From a virus (lineage: Duplodnaviria > Caudoviricetes): a stretch of DNA of 64,000 nt. Shown piece after piece: positions 53,001 through 59,971 of the stretch. Made by a program: the position numbers and the translations under genes. Under the pieces are notes generated by a model that searched no databases, was not told where the DNA came from, and saw nothing but the letters and a program-made list of their open reading frames with translations. Numbering within the stretch: the first letter of the stretch is position 1; each line of letters opens with the position of its first letter. The stretch is taken from positions 90,403-154,402 of IMG/VR virus record IMGVR_UViG_3300028591_000101, one strand, 5' to 3'.

Positions 53001-53449
53001 ATCTCTGTCTGTCCAGAAAATCCGCTGCCGTACTGCATGCTCATAAGATTTCCGTATATGTCAATCTTAAGATTTGAATCGCCAACGAATCTTGCACTTG
53101 AAAAGTTATCGTTGTCTCTTCTGAAGCTTATTTCATCACCGGCAGTCAAGGCTGTAACAAGCAACTCTTCACTAGCTGCCGGTAGTGAGAATGCAGTCCA
53201 TTCTCCGCCATTCAAGGAATATTCAAAATCTCTGCTGGCGCTATTTGTATTCTTTACTGATAAATTACCATCAGAAAGAACTTTGAATGTAAGTGGAGTG
53301 ATAAGCAGCCTGTCGCGTCCCTTCTTGTTATAGTTAATTTCCTCGGTTTCAAGTGTCAGACTAACCCAAGGTTCATGATATTCTTCGCCGTAATAATCTT
53401 CAACGAATTCGCTTACCGCGCTATAGATGTAAAGGTATTCCATGCCCAT
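50084..53449 (-). CDS. BspA/LRR_5-type leucine-rich-repeat protein with internal BACON domain
   Basis: More than 20 repeats of CYxxMFxGCTSLxxAPELPATTLA in two blocks separated by a BACON unit. Confidence 0.8.
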   Translation of the reverse strand: MGMEYLYIYSAVSEFVEDYYGEEYHEPWVSLTLETEEINYNKKGRDRLLITPLTFKVLSDGNLSVKNTNSASRDFEYSLNGGEWTAFSLPAASEELLVTALTAGDEISFRRDNDNFSSARFVGDSNLKIDIYGNLMSMQYGSGFSGQTEIRNLEKTEIFEHLFDGMGVVDASELLLPAMTLSKNCYRYMFSGCTDLLYAPELPAMTLANGCYNNMFRGCTSLVSAPELPATILANQCYDAMFQGCTSLTVAPELPSESLNRECYYRMFRECSNLSYIKCLATDISAANSTFDWTMQVSPTGVFIKNKNMETWSRNNHGIPKGWVVYDNELVVIDRPVFNYSGDAKSVRIHSDEDWSVISCPNWLSVSITSGGSGLHTIVMTAQTNNTGALRSGSFTVQTTDGLQTKTVVLVQLTEPENSYLTFFIKSDGNLYWKADDNVFTRVIEYNKNNEGWVSITSDANPQAIPVLNGDVVEFRGDNATYTNDDNKSNKISASTDCDIYGNIMSMIDSTGFTSLFTLDQNVTRTFRNFFDAVPVIDASKLILPATTLATHCYWNMFRNCKKLVQVPELPAMVLSDYCYLEMFNGCSSLSIPPELPAMTLANYCYALMFNNCTGLTTAPQLPARTMSEACYVGMFNGCTSLTVAPKLPATTLAKNCYGRDSSSGPTGGMFEGCTGLIAAPELPAMSLAPYCYQLMFRNCRLTSAPVLPATDLADGCYAGMFYECKNLVNAPILSANNLKNRCYFVMFKGCTSLIDAPELPATNLANGCYDTMFENCKNLTGAPELNETTLMPQCYSTMFKGCIALTDAPTLPSSIMAVDCYNSMFMNCTSLTGAPILSSLTLAQKCYKNMFNGCTSLTSAPSLPATTLAAECYNGMFGGCTSLVTSPELTATTLANNCYGNMFKDCTSLTIAPSLPANSLAQSCYANMFQGCSSLTTAPTLPATALSVGCYESMFSGCTSLVTPPELPATTLATACYNRIFDGCTNLLTAPQLPSTTLAARCYTNMFYGCASLTGAPALCATTLSENCYNSMFYNCTSLTTAPELPATALTTTCYKNMFNGCSSLNYVKALFTTDPESGEYTTDWLNGVSQTGTFIKNASATWTTTGPNGVPTGWTVITA

Positions 53450-53468
53450 ATTTTTCTTATAAATAGGT

Positions 53469-54422
53469 TCACAAACGGCATTTTTTACTTGTGGACATCT
53501 GGATTTTCCTTATCGTCCAGCCAGTCTTTTCCACTAGCTCGGCTTCAAGTTTTCTTCTCTTGTCACCTATTTCGCTGTAATTTCCCAGGAACATGATTTG
53601 TTTCAGTTTCCTCTTTGCCGACCACTCGCTCAACATATTGTAGAACCGGATTCCGTCGCTCACCGTCTTACAGAATATGATGTCCAGGTTTCCGGCATCG
53701 TCCTTTATGATTACCTTGTTCTTGTACAGCATGACCCGTTTTATGTCGTACGCCGTCTCTATACCATATAATAATATATTAAGGTATATCCACTCAAAGG
53801 TCTTCCTCCCTCTCACCGGGTCATAACCATATACCCAGAATGTCTCTTCAGTGTCATAGCTGAACTTGTCCAACACTATCCACTTGTCAGAGTTCGTTTC
53901 CTGTCTGACGAGCTTTCCGTACTCATTCCTTAAAAGCGGAGCCTCCTTGTCGCCGTATCTGTTCTTTTCCAGTATCAGATATTCGTCCCTTGAATTGATG
54001 ATTGTGTCCGTAATTTGAACGCGGGCCGGAAATATCACCTTCTTACTTTCTTCCAGGAGTTGTTCAACCACTTCATATGCATCCTCAACTTTGACATATG
54101 CTCCAATGTATTCGTTCTGTCTGCCATTATGACATGACACCACCTTATAGTCGTAGATGTTCAATGACCTTTTGTCAATCTTCGGCTTCCTGGAGACATA
54201 TTTCCTCTTCTTTTTCGGCCCCCTCTTTTTCGGACGACCAACTTTCCTCTTTTTAGGGACAGATTTCTGTTTTTTTTCCTCTTTTTCCTGACGCTTCTTC
54301 TCTTCCCGCTCCTCCATCTCCTTGTGCTTCCTTTCAATGTACGCACGATAACCAGCTTTCCTCTTTTCGGCAAGCCTTTCTCTTCTTAGACGCTCCTTTT
54401 CGCTGATTATTTTCTCTTCCAT
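53469..54422 (-). CDS. Basic DNA-binding-like protein with AT-hook
   Basis: KRKVGRPKKRGPKKKR. Confidence 0.6.
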   Translation of the reverse strand: MEEKIISEKERLRRERLAEKRKAGYRAYIERKHKEMEEREEKKRQEKEEKKQKSVPKKRKVGRPKKRGPKKKRKYVSRKPKIDKRSLNIYDYKVVSCHNGRQNEYIGAYVKVEDAYEVVEQLLEESKKVIFPARVQITDTIINSRDEYLILEKNRYGDKEAPLLRNEYGKLVRQETNSDKWIVLDKFSYDTEETFWVYGYDPVRGRKTFEWIYLNILLYGIETAYDIKRVMLYKNKVIIKDDAGNLDIIFCKTVSDGIRFYNMLSEWSAKRKLKQIMFLGNYSEIGDKRRKLEAELVEKTGWTIRKIQMSTSKKCRL

Positions 54423-54472
54423 GTTGTTTTTCCCGGAAATTGTTTGTATCTTACTATTACAATATAAGTAAT

Positions 54473-54898
54473 ATGGGAAGAAAAAACAAGAAATGGGGAG
54501 TGAAGCAGAAAGACGGCGGCTTCATAGACCTTGAAGGGAAGACAATTACGAAAATTGAAGGTCTTGAGACCGGAAGTTACGATGTCACATTCTATTGTTC
54601 CGATGGTAGTGTGTATAGGATGTATCCGGATGATGATTCATTCCTTTACGGAAACGCCATTGACATATCCATAGATGACATTTGTGGAGACGTGGATTGC
54701 CTCATCGGTAACAAAATCGTCAAGGCTGAGGTCAGACGTAGCGAGAAAAGAGGTCATAAAACCGGATATATGGATTCTGACCCGGAAGTATGGACGTTCT
54801 ATACCCTGGCAACTTTGAAAGGTTATGTTGACATCAAGTGGTACGGGACCCATAACGGTTACTATTCAGCTGAAGTATCATTTTGGAAAGAGAAATAA
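54473..54898 (+). CDS. Phage hypothetical protein
   Basis: IDDICGD...WTFYTLATLKGYVDIKWYGTHNGYYS, a recurrent phage motif. Confidence 0.65.
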   Translation: MGRKNKKWGVKQKDGGFIDLEGKTITKIEGLETGSYDVTFYCSDGSVYRMYPDDDSFLYGNAIDISIDDICGDVDCLIGNKIVKAEVRRSEKRGHKTGYMDSDPEVWTFYTLATLKGYVDIKWYGTHNGYYSAEVSFWKEK

Positions 54899-54925
54899 CA
54901 ATAATTACTTAATTATCAAAGATTT

Positions 54926-55420
54926 ATGGCAAAGTTTTTTAAGGCAGATGAGAGTATCGTAAAGATTGTTGATGAGATTGCGAATGAGCTCGGTCTTGCA
55001 AGTTACGGCATTGATTTTGAGGTACTTGATGTCGTTAATTTGAAACAAGCGGTAAAGGTGGTTAGAGCGAATGAATACGCGGAATACCTTAGCTCAAGAG
55101 AAAATCTCATACTTATCCTCGTAAACGGGGAAATGTTTGACCTTGTACCGGAAGGGACTGATGAAAACGGTCTCAACGCAAGATACATGTGGCTTCGCCT
55201 TGCAATGGATGAGATTGCATATGACAGCGAAAAGGACAAAATCATAATTGGAGTCCCTACATTGAATATCCCTGTCGGGTGTTACGAAAAATATGGAAAG
55301 GCTTCAATAGACGCTGCACTCCTTGCACATTATACTCTTGCACAGATGGCAGAGAAGAAGGCCCAGGAGAGAGCGGAGAAAGCAGCCCAGAAAAAGGAGG
55401 GAAAGAAGAAGAAGTACTAA
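54926..55420 (+). CDS. Hypothetical protein
   Basis: 164 aa ORF followed by terminator. Confidence 0.65.
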   Translation: MAKFFKADESIVKIVDEIANELGLASYGIDFEVLDVVNLKQAVKVVRANEYAEYLSSRENLILILVNGEMFDLVPEGTDENGLNARYMWLRLAMDEIAYDSEKDKIIIGVPTLNIPVGCYEKYGKASIDAALLAHYTLAQMAEKKAQERAEKAAQKKEGKKKKY

Positions 55421-55425
55421 ACTGT

Positions 55426-55464
55426 TGAAACCCACCCATTTACGAGGTGGGCTTCAATTTTTTT
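55426..55464 (+). terminator. Intrinsic terminator (near-duplicate at 55901-55930)
   Basis: GAAACCCACC...GGTGGGCTTC plus T tract. Confidence 0.65.
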
Positions 55465-55481
55465 GCCGGGCTTATATAGTT

Positions 55482-55497
55482 TGGCACGGTTTTTGTA
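55482..55497 (+). promoter_or_regulatory. sigma54-type -24/-12 box
   Basis: TGGCACG-gttt-TTGTA. Confidence 0.65.
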
Positions 55498-55525
55498 GTA
55501 ACGGTGGTGTAACTTAAAAAAACAC

Positions 55526-55894
55526 ATGAATATGAACGATGAAAAGGTGATACTCCCGATGGAGGAGTACAAGAGGCTGAAAGAGGCCGAAGAATGTCTG
55601 AAACTGGCCAGGGAGGAACTTAAGAAAGACTCCCAGGAACGAGGCTATTATGTTGAGCTTACCGTGACGGCTCGTGACACTTTTTATGACCATTGGTACA
55701 AAACCCACTATATTCAGTTAATTAAGCCGGTGAAGGTCGTAACTAAGGATGAGGTGATTGAGCTCCTTAATGGAAAACTTGAAAACGCGCACGAAAATGA
55801 GGAGGCTATGGCAAAGGAGGTCAAGGAACTGGAAGCTGAAAATCAAAGGCTGAAGAGCAGAAATATCTTCAAGCGGATTTTCAATATTTCCTAA
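55526..55894 (+). CDS. Coiled-coil hypothetical protein
   Basis: 122 aa between promoter box and terminator. Confidence 0.65.
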   Translation: MNMNDEKVILPMEEYKRLKEAEECLKLAREELKKDSQERGYYVELTVTARDTFYDHWYKTHYIQLIKPVKVVTKDEVIELLNGKLENAHENEEAMAKEVKELEAENQRLKSRNIFKRIFNIS

Positions 55895-56029
55895 CCAATT
55901 GAAACCCACCCACTTTAAGGTGGGTTTTGTTTTGGGTAGAAATTTTTTGCAATTTTTTCACATTTTTTTTGTTTTTTTCAAAAAAGATTGTATATTTATA
56001 TAGCGAACAAAAATCAATTCATACATTCA

Positions 56030-56188
56030 ATGACACAGATGTTACATAATACGAAGCAATATTCACGACCAGTCGATTCAAGAAGGACCGACCTGGCCAT
56101 TGCCGTACTCTGTGGAAGTTGCTTTAAAGGCAATGAATGGTATGAGGCACCCGGAGTAGAGGGAGAAGTAGGAGTGATGCGAACGTAG
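56030..56188 (+). CDS. Putative leader peptide (52 aa)
   Basis: ATG 30 nt after ATATTTATA; 3' end overlaps arm of alternative hairpins. Confidence 0.45.
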   Translation: MTQMLHNTKQYSRPVDSRRTDLAIAVLCGSCFKGNEWYEAPGVEGEVGVMRT

Positions 56189-56310
56189 AAAGTAAAAAGC
56201 ACACATAGGTTTCTAACCACAACATACATCTTAACTTCACCTCCAATCTAAAGGCTCCGGCAAGGAAAAACCCAAGATTCGGAGGTTTTTTAATACCCAC
56301 AACTCAAGTT

Positions 56311-56326
56311 TGGCACGATATTTGTA
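56311..56326 (+). promoter_or_regulatory. sigma54-type -24/-12 box
   Basis: TGGCACG-atat-TTGTA. Confidence 0.65.
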
Positions 56327-56339
56327 AGAATAGCGACAT

Positions 56340-56477
56340 ATGAAGATAATTGACTATCCTCCGTTGATTGATGCGGCACCAGTCACGGAAAAGAAAAAAG
56401 AAGAAATTAAGCATATGCAACGCTTTGTAAGTAGCATAAGAAAGAAATATAACATAACTTTTTTGCTGAAGGAATAA
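56340..56477 (+). CDS. 45-aa hypothetical protein (not in ORF track)
   Basis: MKIIDYPPLIDAAPVTEKKK...FLLKE exactly between two promoter boxes. Confidence 0.55.
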   Translation: MKIIDYPPLIDAAPVTEKKKEEIKHMQRFVSSIRKKYNITFLLKE

Positions 56478-56481
56478 AGTT

Positions 56482-56497
56482 TGGCACGATATTTGTA
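56482..56497 (+). promoter_or_regulatory. sigma54-type -24/-12 box
   Basis: TGGCACG-atat-TTGTA. Confidence 0.65.
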
Positions 56498-56523
56498 AGA
56501 ATAAACGATAACAAGAAAAAATT

Positions 56524-56766
56524 ATGGAGACATTGACCCAAATCGTAAAGGGAACGGCACAGCTGGACTGTATCAGGACCGGTGGAGTTGCAGAGTACAT
56601 CATCACCTCCTGCAACGGAAAGAAATACCTCGTTGAGATTGACCTTTCAGACAAGGTTGATTGCGGAGAGAGCGCTTCCTTCAAGCCCTACTACGAAAAG
56701 GCAATTATCCTTATGAGATGGATACGGAGGGCGATGGAGAAGGGAGATTTGATTGACCTTAATTAA
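56524..56766 (+). CDS. Hypothetical protein
   Basis: 80 aa; KAIILMRWIRRA motif. Confidence 0.65.
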   Translation: METLTQIVKGTAQLDCIRTGGVAEYIITSCNGKKYLVEIDLSDKVDCGESASFKPYYEKAIILMRWIRRAMEKGDLIDLN

Positions 56767-56767
56767 T

Positions 56768-57073
56768 ATGGACAAGGATTTTAACAAAAGGTTCCTTCTT
56801 GACAGGGACGAGACGGGAAGGTTCATCGTTAAGTCACAGAAGACCGGGAAGACCTACTACGTGGAACCCATTGACGGAGACGAGAGGACAGTGTGGGGAG
56901 ATTACAATCCAGTGACGAAGGATTTTGAAACCTCCAGTTACGGAAAGTACAAGGGAAGCATCAAGCCGTCCGAGTCCATGATAACCGAGGAGAACGGGTT
57001 TGAAAAGATACATGAGCTTGGTCCTGGGGTATCACCGTTGGACTACATTGAAAAACTTGAAGAAAATTTTTAG
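56768..57073 (+). CDS. Hypothetical protein
   Basis: ETGRFIVKS.KTGKTYYVEPI...WGD.NP...GSI phage motif. Confidence 0.65.
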   Translation: MDKDFNKRFLLDRDETGRFIVKSQKTGKTYYVEPIDGDERTVWGDYNPVTKDFETSSYGKYKGSIKPSESMITEENGFEKIHELGPGVSPLDYIEKLEENF

Positions 57074-57075
57074 TT

Positions 57076-57091
57076 TGGCACGGTATTTGTA
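57076..57091 (+). promoter_or_regulatory. sigma54-type -24/-12 box
   Basis: TGGCACG-gtat-TTGTA. Confidence 0.65.
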
Positions 57092-57122
57092 AGATACAAT
57101 ACCGAACATTAAAATTTTAGTT

Positions 57123-57374
57123 ATGATTGACTTTTTGCTTATTTTGCTTTGCATAGTCCTTGACCTCGGTTCTGGCTTAATGATGTATTCCATCTTCAAT
57201 GGAGATAGCAGTGACGGAACTAAACCATTGTTCAAGCTTGAGAAGTTTAAGAGACCATACAGGGTGCTGATTAGGTTGTCGTTCATAGTCTTTTGGTGGT
57301 TTTACGTCCTGGCTATGGTTTTGGTTAGCCTCTACGATGTAACAAAAGGTACATTTAAGTCAATACTTGAATAG
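57123..57374 (+). CDS. Two-TM membrane protein
   Basis: Paralogue of 57425-57673. Confidence 0.65.
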   Translation: MIDFLLILLCIVLDLGSGLMMYSIFNGDSSDGTKPLFKLEKFKRPYRVLIRLSFIVFWWFYVLAMVLVSLYDVTKGTFKSILE

Positions 57375-57376
57375 TT

Positions 57377-57392
57377 TGGCACGGTTTTTGTT
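57377..57392 (+). promoter_or_regulatory. sigma54-type -24/-12 box
   Basis: TGGCACG-gttt-TTGTT. Confidence 0.6.
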
Positions 57393-57424
57393 AGATACGA
57401 TATCAAACATTAAAATTTTTAGTT

Positions 57425-57673
57425 ATGAGTAGTTTTTGGATATGGGCGGTGCTCTTTGTCAGTTATACACTTTTAGGTATTTGCATATTTTCGCTAACCC
57501 TTAATGAAGATGGCAAACCGGGCATTTTACCCTTCGTTGGAAAATGGAAGAGACCTTTCAGGGTAATGTTTAATTTGTCCTTCGTGTATTTTTGGCCGGT
57601 ATATCTGGCGGTTGGTTTTGCAATCGGTGCAGGAAGCGCCCTGTGGGAAGCGGTACGTGGGATTTTTGCGTAG
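57425..57673 (+). CDS. Two-TM membrane protein
   Basis: Shares DG.KP...K[FW]KRP[YF]RV..LSF..FW with 57123-57374. Confidence 0.65.
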   Translation: MSSFWIWAVLFVSYTLLGICIFSLTLNEDGKPGILPFVGKWKRPFRVMFNLSFVYFWPVYLAVGFAIGAGSALWEAVRGIFA

Positions 57674-57675
57674 TT

Positions 57676-57691
57676 TGGCACGGTTTTTGTA
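57676..57691 (+). promoter_or_regulatory. sigma54-type -24/-12 box in front of RNA array
   Basis: TGGCACG-gttt-TTGTA, 16 nt before first tRNA. Confidence 0.65.
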
Positions 57692-57707
57692 GTTAATGTG
57701 TAATAAT

Positions 57708-57778
57708 GCCTGGGTCGTCTAGTGGAAGGACGTATCTCCCCTAAAGATAAGACGGCGATTCGACTTCGCCCCCGGGTA
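57708..57778 (+). tRNA. tRNA-Arg(CCU), C33
   Basis: Cloverleaf; TATCT-cccctaa-AGATA. Confidence 0.7.
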
Positions 57779-57799
57779 CAGAGTTCTTTGAAAAACAAA

Positions 57800-57992
57800 C
57801 AATCTATCAACTGTTGGCTTGGAAGCAGCCATCAGCTAAAGAGTGGCATTGCCCCCGTTTCGCGAGTGAAGAGGGGATTGCAAGTAAACGTAAATCGTGA
57901 CATCTAGTCCGAGTCAATTACCTCAGGCGCGTGCGTAGGAACTACCTCGGTGAGAAGTGATGGCCTTTGGCGTAACAGCACATGATAGATTG
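57800..57992 (+). ncRNA. 23S rRNA H43-H44 (L11-binding/GTPase centre) mimic RNA
   Basis: TGTTGGCTTGGAAGCAGCCATCAGCTAAAGAGT...GCGTAACAGCACA closed by 10-bp CAATCTATCA/TGATAGATTG stem. Confidence 0.75.
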
Positions 57993-57998
57993 CAATAT

Positions 57999-58138
57999 AA
58001 TGATGTCGAGTCGTCTAATGAAGAAGGGAGTGTATACGGTTAATGCATGACCGCTGAGAAGCAACCGAGATTGGAACATGACAGATACCATCCGGGGACA
58101 AATACAAGAGTGCGCATTACTGTCCGGAAGACATCATT
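57999..58138 (+). ncRNA. Structured ncRNA candidate
   Basis: AATGATGTC/GACATCATT closing stem, internal hairpins. Confidence 0.45.
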
Positions 58139-58148
58139 TTTGAAATAT

Positions 58149-58225
58149 GTGGTTGTCGTATAGTGGGTAAGTACATCTGCTTGACGTGCAGAAAGCCGTT
58201 GGTTCGAATCCATCCAGCCACACCA
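58149..58225 (+). tRNA. tRNA-Val(GAC)
   Basis: TCTGC-ttGACgt-GCAGA; encoded CCA. Confidence 0.85.
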
Positions 58226-58230
58226 ACACA

Positions 58231-58327
58231 AATGATAACTGCATGTACATAATCAATGCCACAAGGTTGGGCTCTTGAGAATATGGCAGATAAAGGTACT
58301 TGGACAATCCCAACTACGGTTATCATT
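58231..58327 (+). ncRNA. Pseudoknotted ncRNA candidate
   Basis: 11-bp closing stem; TGCCA/TGGCA; GTTGGG/CCCAAC. Confidence 0.45.
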
Positions 58328-58331
58328 ATAT

Positions 58332-58407
58332 GCCCCAGTGGTGTAACGGAATTAACATAGGTCCCTTCTAAGGATGCAGATTGGGGGTTCGAATCCCTCC
58401 TGGGGTA
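58332..58407 (+). tRNA. tRNA-Arg(UCU)
   Basis: Loop ctTCTaa; cloverleaf. Confidence 0.85.
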
Positions 58408-58428
58408 CAAAATTTAAGAGTTTAGTTT

Positions 58429-58617
58429 ATGTTGTGGTTTATTGAAAACAGAAAGAAAGAATTTGATGATGAAAAGGTTCCGATGCCGATTGGCTATACG
58501 GTCATCATTGCGATAGTGGCGATTGCCCTGTTGTTTTTCGGAACATATAAGGCGGTCAATTGGGCCGAGAAGCTTGATATGAAAGCCCATGGCCAAACGG
58601 AGCTCATTGAAGAATAA
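58429..58617 (+). CDS. Small membrane protein inside RNA array
   Basis: 62 aa with one TM. Confidence 0.55.
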   Translation: MLWFIENRKKEFDDEKVPMPIGYTVIIAIVAIALLFFGTYKAVNWAEKLDMKAHGQTELIEE

Positions 58618-58645
58618 TGCCCTCGTAGTATTAAAGGCTGAGTAC

Positions 58646-58717
58646 GCACCCATAGTATAGTTGGGAAAATAATGCCTTGGTATGGCATAGTCACCAGTTC
58701 GATTCTGGTTGGGTGCT
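58646..58717 (+). tRNA. tRNA-Thr(GGU)
   Basis: ATGCC-ttGGTat-GGCAT. Confidence 0.8.
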
Positions 58718-58723
58718 CAAAAT

Positions 58724-58818
58724 GGATATGCGACGCGAAGGAATGCACGGCGAGAGCTCCTACGGAGTACGGACACCCGAGAAATGTGTCTTTTCAGGTT
58801 CAAATCCTGACATATCCA
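58724..58818 (+). ncRNA. tRNA-like RNA (acceptor stem plus T-arm, non-canonical interior)
   Basis: GGATATG/CATATCC-A; TCAGG-TTCAAAT-CCTGA. Confidence 0.55.
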
Positions 58819-58822
58819 CAGC

Positions 58823-58894
58823 GGTCCCATAGTTTAACGGACAGAATTTAGGATTCCGATTCCTACGATATGCGTTCGATTCGCATTGGGACCA
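58823..58894 (+). tRNA. tRNA-Arg(CCG)
   Basis: TAGGA-ttCCGat-TCCTA. Confidence 0.85.
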
Positions 58895-58903
58895 CAAAGA
58901 AAC

Positions 58904-58976
58904 GCCCTCGTAGCTCAACTGGATGAGCACTTCGCTACGAACGAAGAGGTTGGGGATTCGAGTTCCTCCGGGGGTA
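58904..58976 (+). tRNA. tRNA-Arg(ACG)
   Basis: CTTCG-ctACGaa-CGAAG. Confidence 0.85.
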
Positions 58977-59000
58977 CCGAGAATAAGTTCTTTGAAATAT

Positions 59001-59072
59001 GTACACGTGGTGAAGTGGTTAACATACTGGGCCGCAACCCCAGGACCGCAGGTTCGAATCCTGCCGTGTACT
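59001..59072 (+). tRNA. tRNA-Cys(GCA), C33
   Basis: CTGGG-ccGCAac-CCCAG; U73. Confidence 0.85.
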
Positions 59073-59152
59073 CAAAAATACTAGCAAAACTTTTGTTTCA
59101 AAACTTGACTTTTTACTCATTAAATACTATTTATAAGTAAAATGCGTAAAAT

Positions 59153-59971
59153 ATGGAAAAAGAAAGAGTTGAAAACTTATTGATTGAATGTAATTCGTTG
59201 AGTGAAGTTCTTAAGAAACTTGGATTGAAAGTTAATGGCGGAACACGCAGGACACTAAAAAATTTCATGTATAAAAATGGATTAACGTTTGAAAGAGGAA
59301 AATTAACAAGGGAAGAATATGATAGAAACCCGAAAATTTGCCCAGTATGCGAAAAAAAAATAGATTTTGAGCATCGAGAAAATACCTATTGCTCAAGTTC
59401 GTGTGCAGCAAAAGTTAACAATGTTTTGTATCCGAAAAGGAAAAAATCCGAAAAGAAGCAAAAAAGCAAAAACAGCGCGGAAAAACATTTAATTGTTAAC
59501 GAGAAAACAGTTTCAAAAAAGAGACATTATCCAAAGACAAGGAAATATGAGGAGAACGAATTATTTTGCGTGAATTGTGGAAAAAAACTTACCGGAAACC
59601 AGAAAAAGTTTTGTTCAGAAAGATGCAAACGAAAATACTATTCATACCAAAATTATCAAACAAACCATTCACGCAAGAATGATGAACTTGGAACAATAAA
59701 AAAGTACGAGTATATAATGAGACTTGGGGGTAAATGCTCTGTTTGTGGTTATGATAAAAATTTGTCGGCGCTTGTTTTTCATCATACGAGGGACAAGGAA
59801 TTTACATTGACCGCCAGAGCTTTTAGCCGATTGACCGAGGAAGAGATACAAAAAGAACTGGAAAAATGCGTTTTGTTGTGTCAAAATTGTCATCACGAAT
59901 TGCATCACCCAGAGTTGAATAAAGAAAAGATTGAAACAATTATAGATATGGAAAGCGGGGCAAAACGATAA
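59153..59971 (+). CDS. HNH homing-endonuclease-like protein with zinc fingers
   Basis: CSVCGY...ALVFHH...ELEKCVLLCQNCHHELH. Confidence 0.8.
   Translation: MEKERVENLLIECNSLSEVLKKLGLKVNGGTRRTLKNFMYKNGLTFERGKLTREEYDRNPKICPVCEKKIDFEHRENTYCSSSCAAKVNNVLYPKRKKSEKKQKSKNSAEKHLIVNEKTVSKKRHYPKTRKYEENELFCVNCGKKLTGNQKKFCSERCKRKYYSYQNYQTNHSRKNDELGTIKKYEYIMRLGGKCSVCGYDKNLSALVFHHTRDKEFTLTARAFSRLTEEEIQKELEKCVLLCQNCHHELHHPELNKEKIETIIDMESGAKR

Noticed and set aside
50084-53449. Diversity-generating retroelement target
   Set aside because: No reverse transcriptase or adenine-variant TR/VR pair seen in the window
55482-57691. CRISPR array from the repeated AGTTTGGCACG motif
   Set aside because: Spacing is irregular (170-830 nt) and intervals hold genes; no cas genes
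57708-57778. Amber suppressor reading (CTA) of the first tRNA
   Set aside because: The 5-bp stem TATCT/AGATA fixes the loop as CCCCUAA, anticodon CCU
57800-57992. A true rRNA gene or host contamination
   Set aside because: Similarity is limited to two short blocks separated by a non-rRNA insert and flanked by a phage-specific stem
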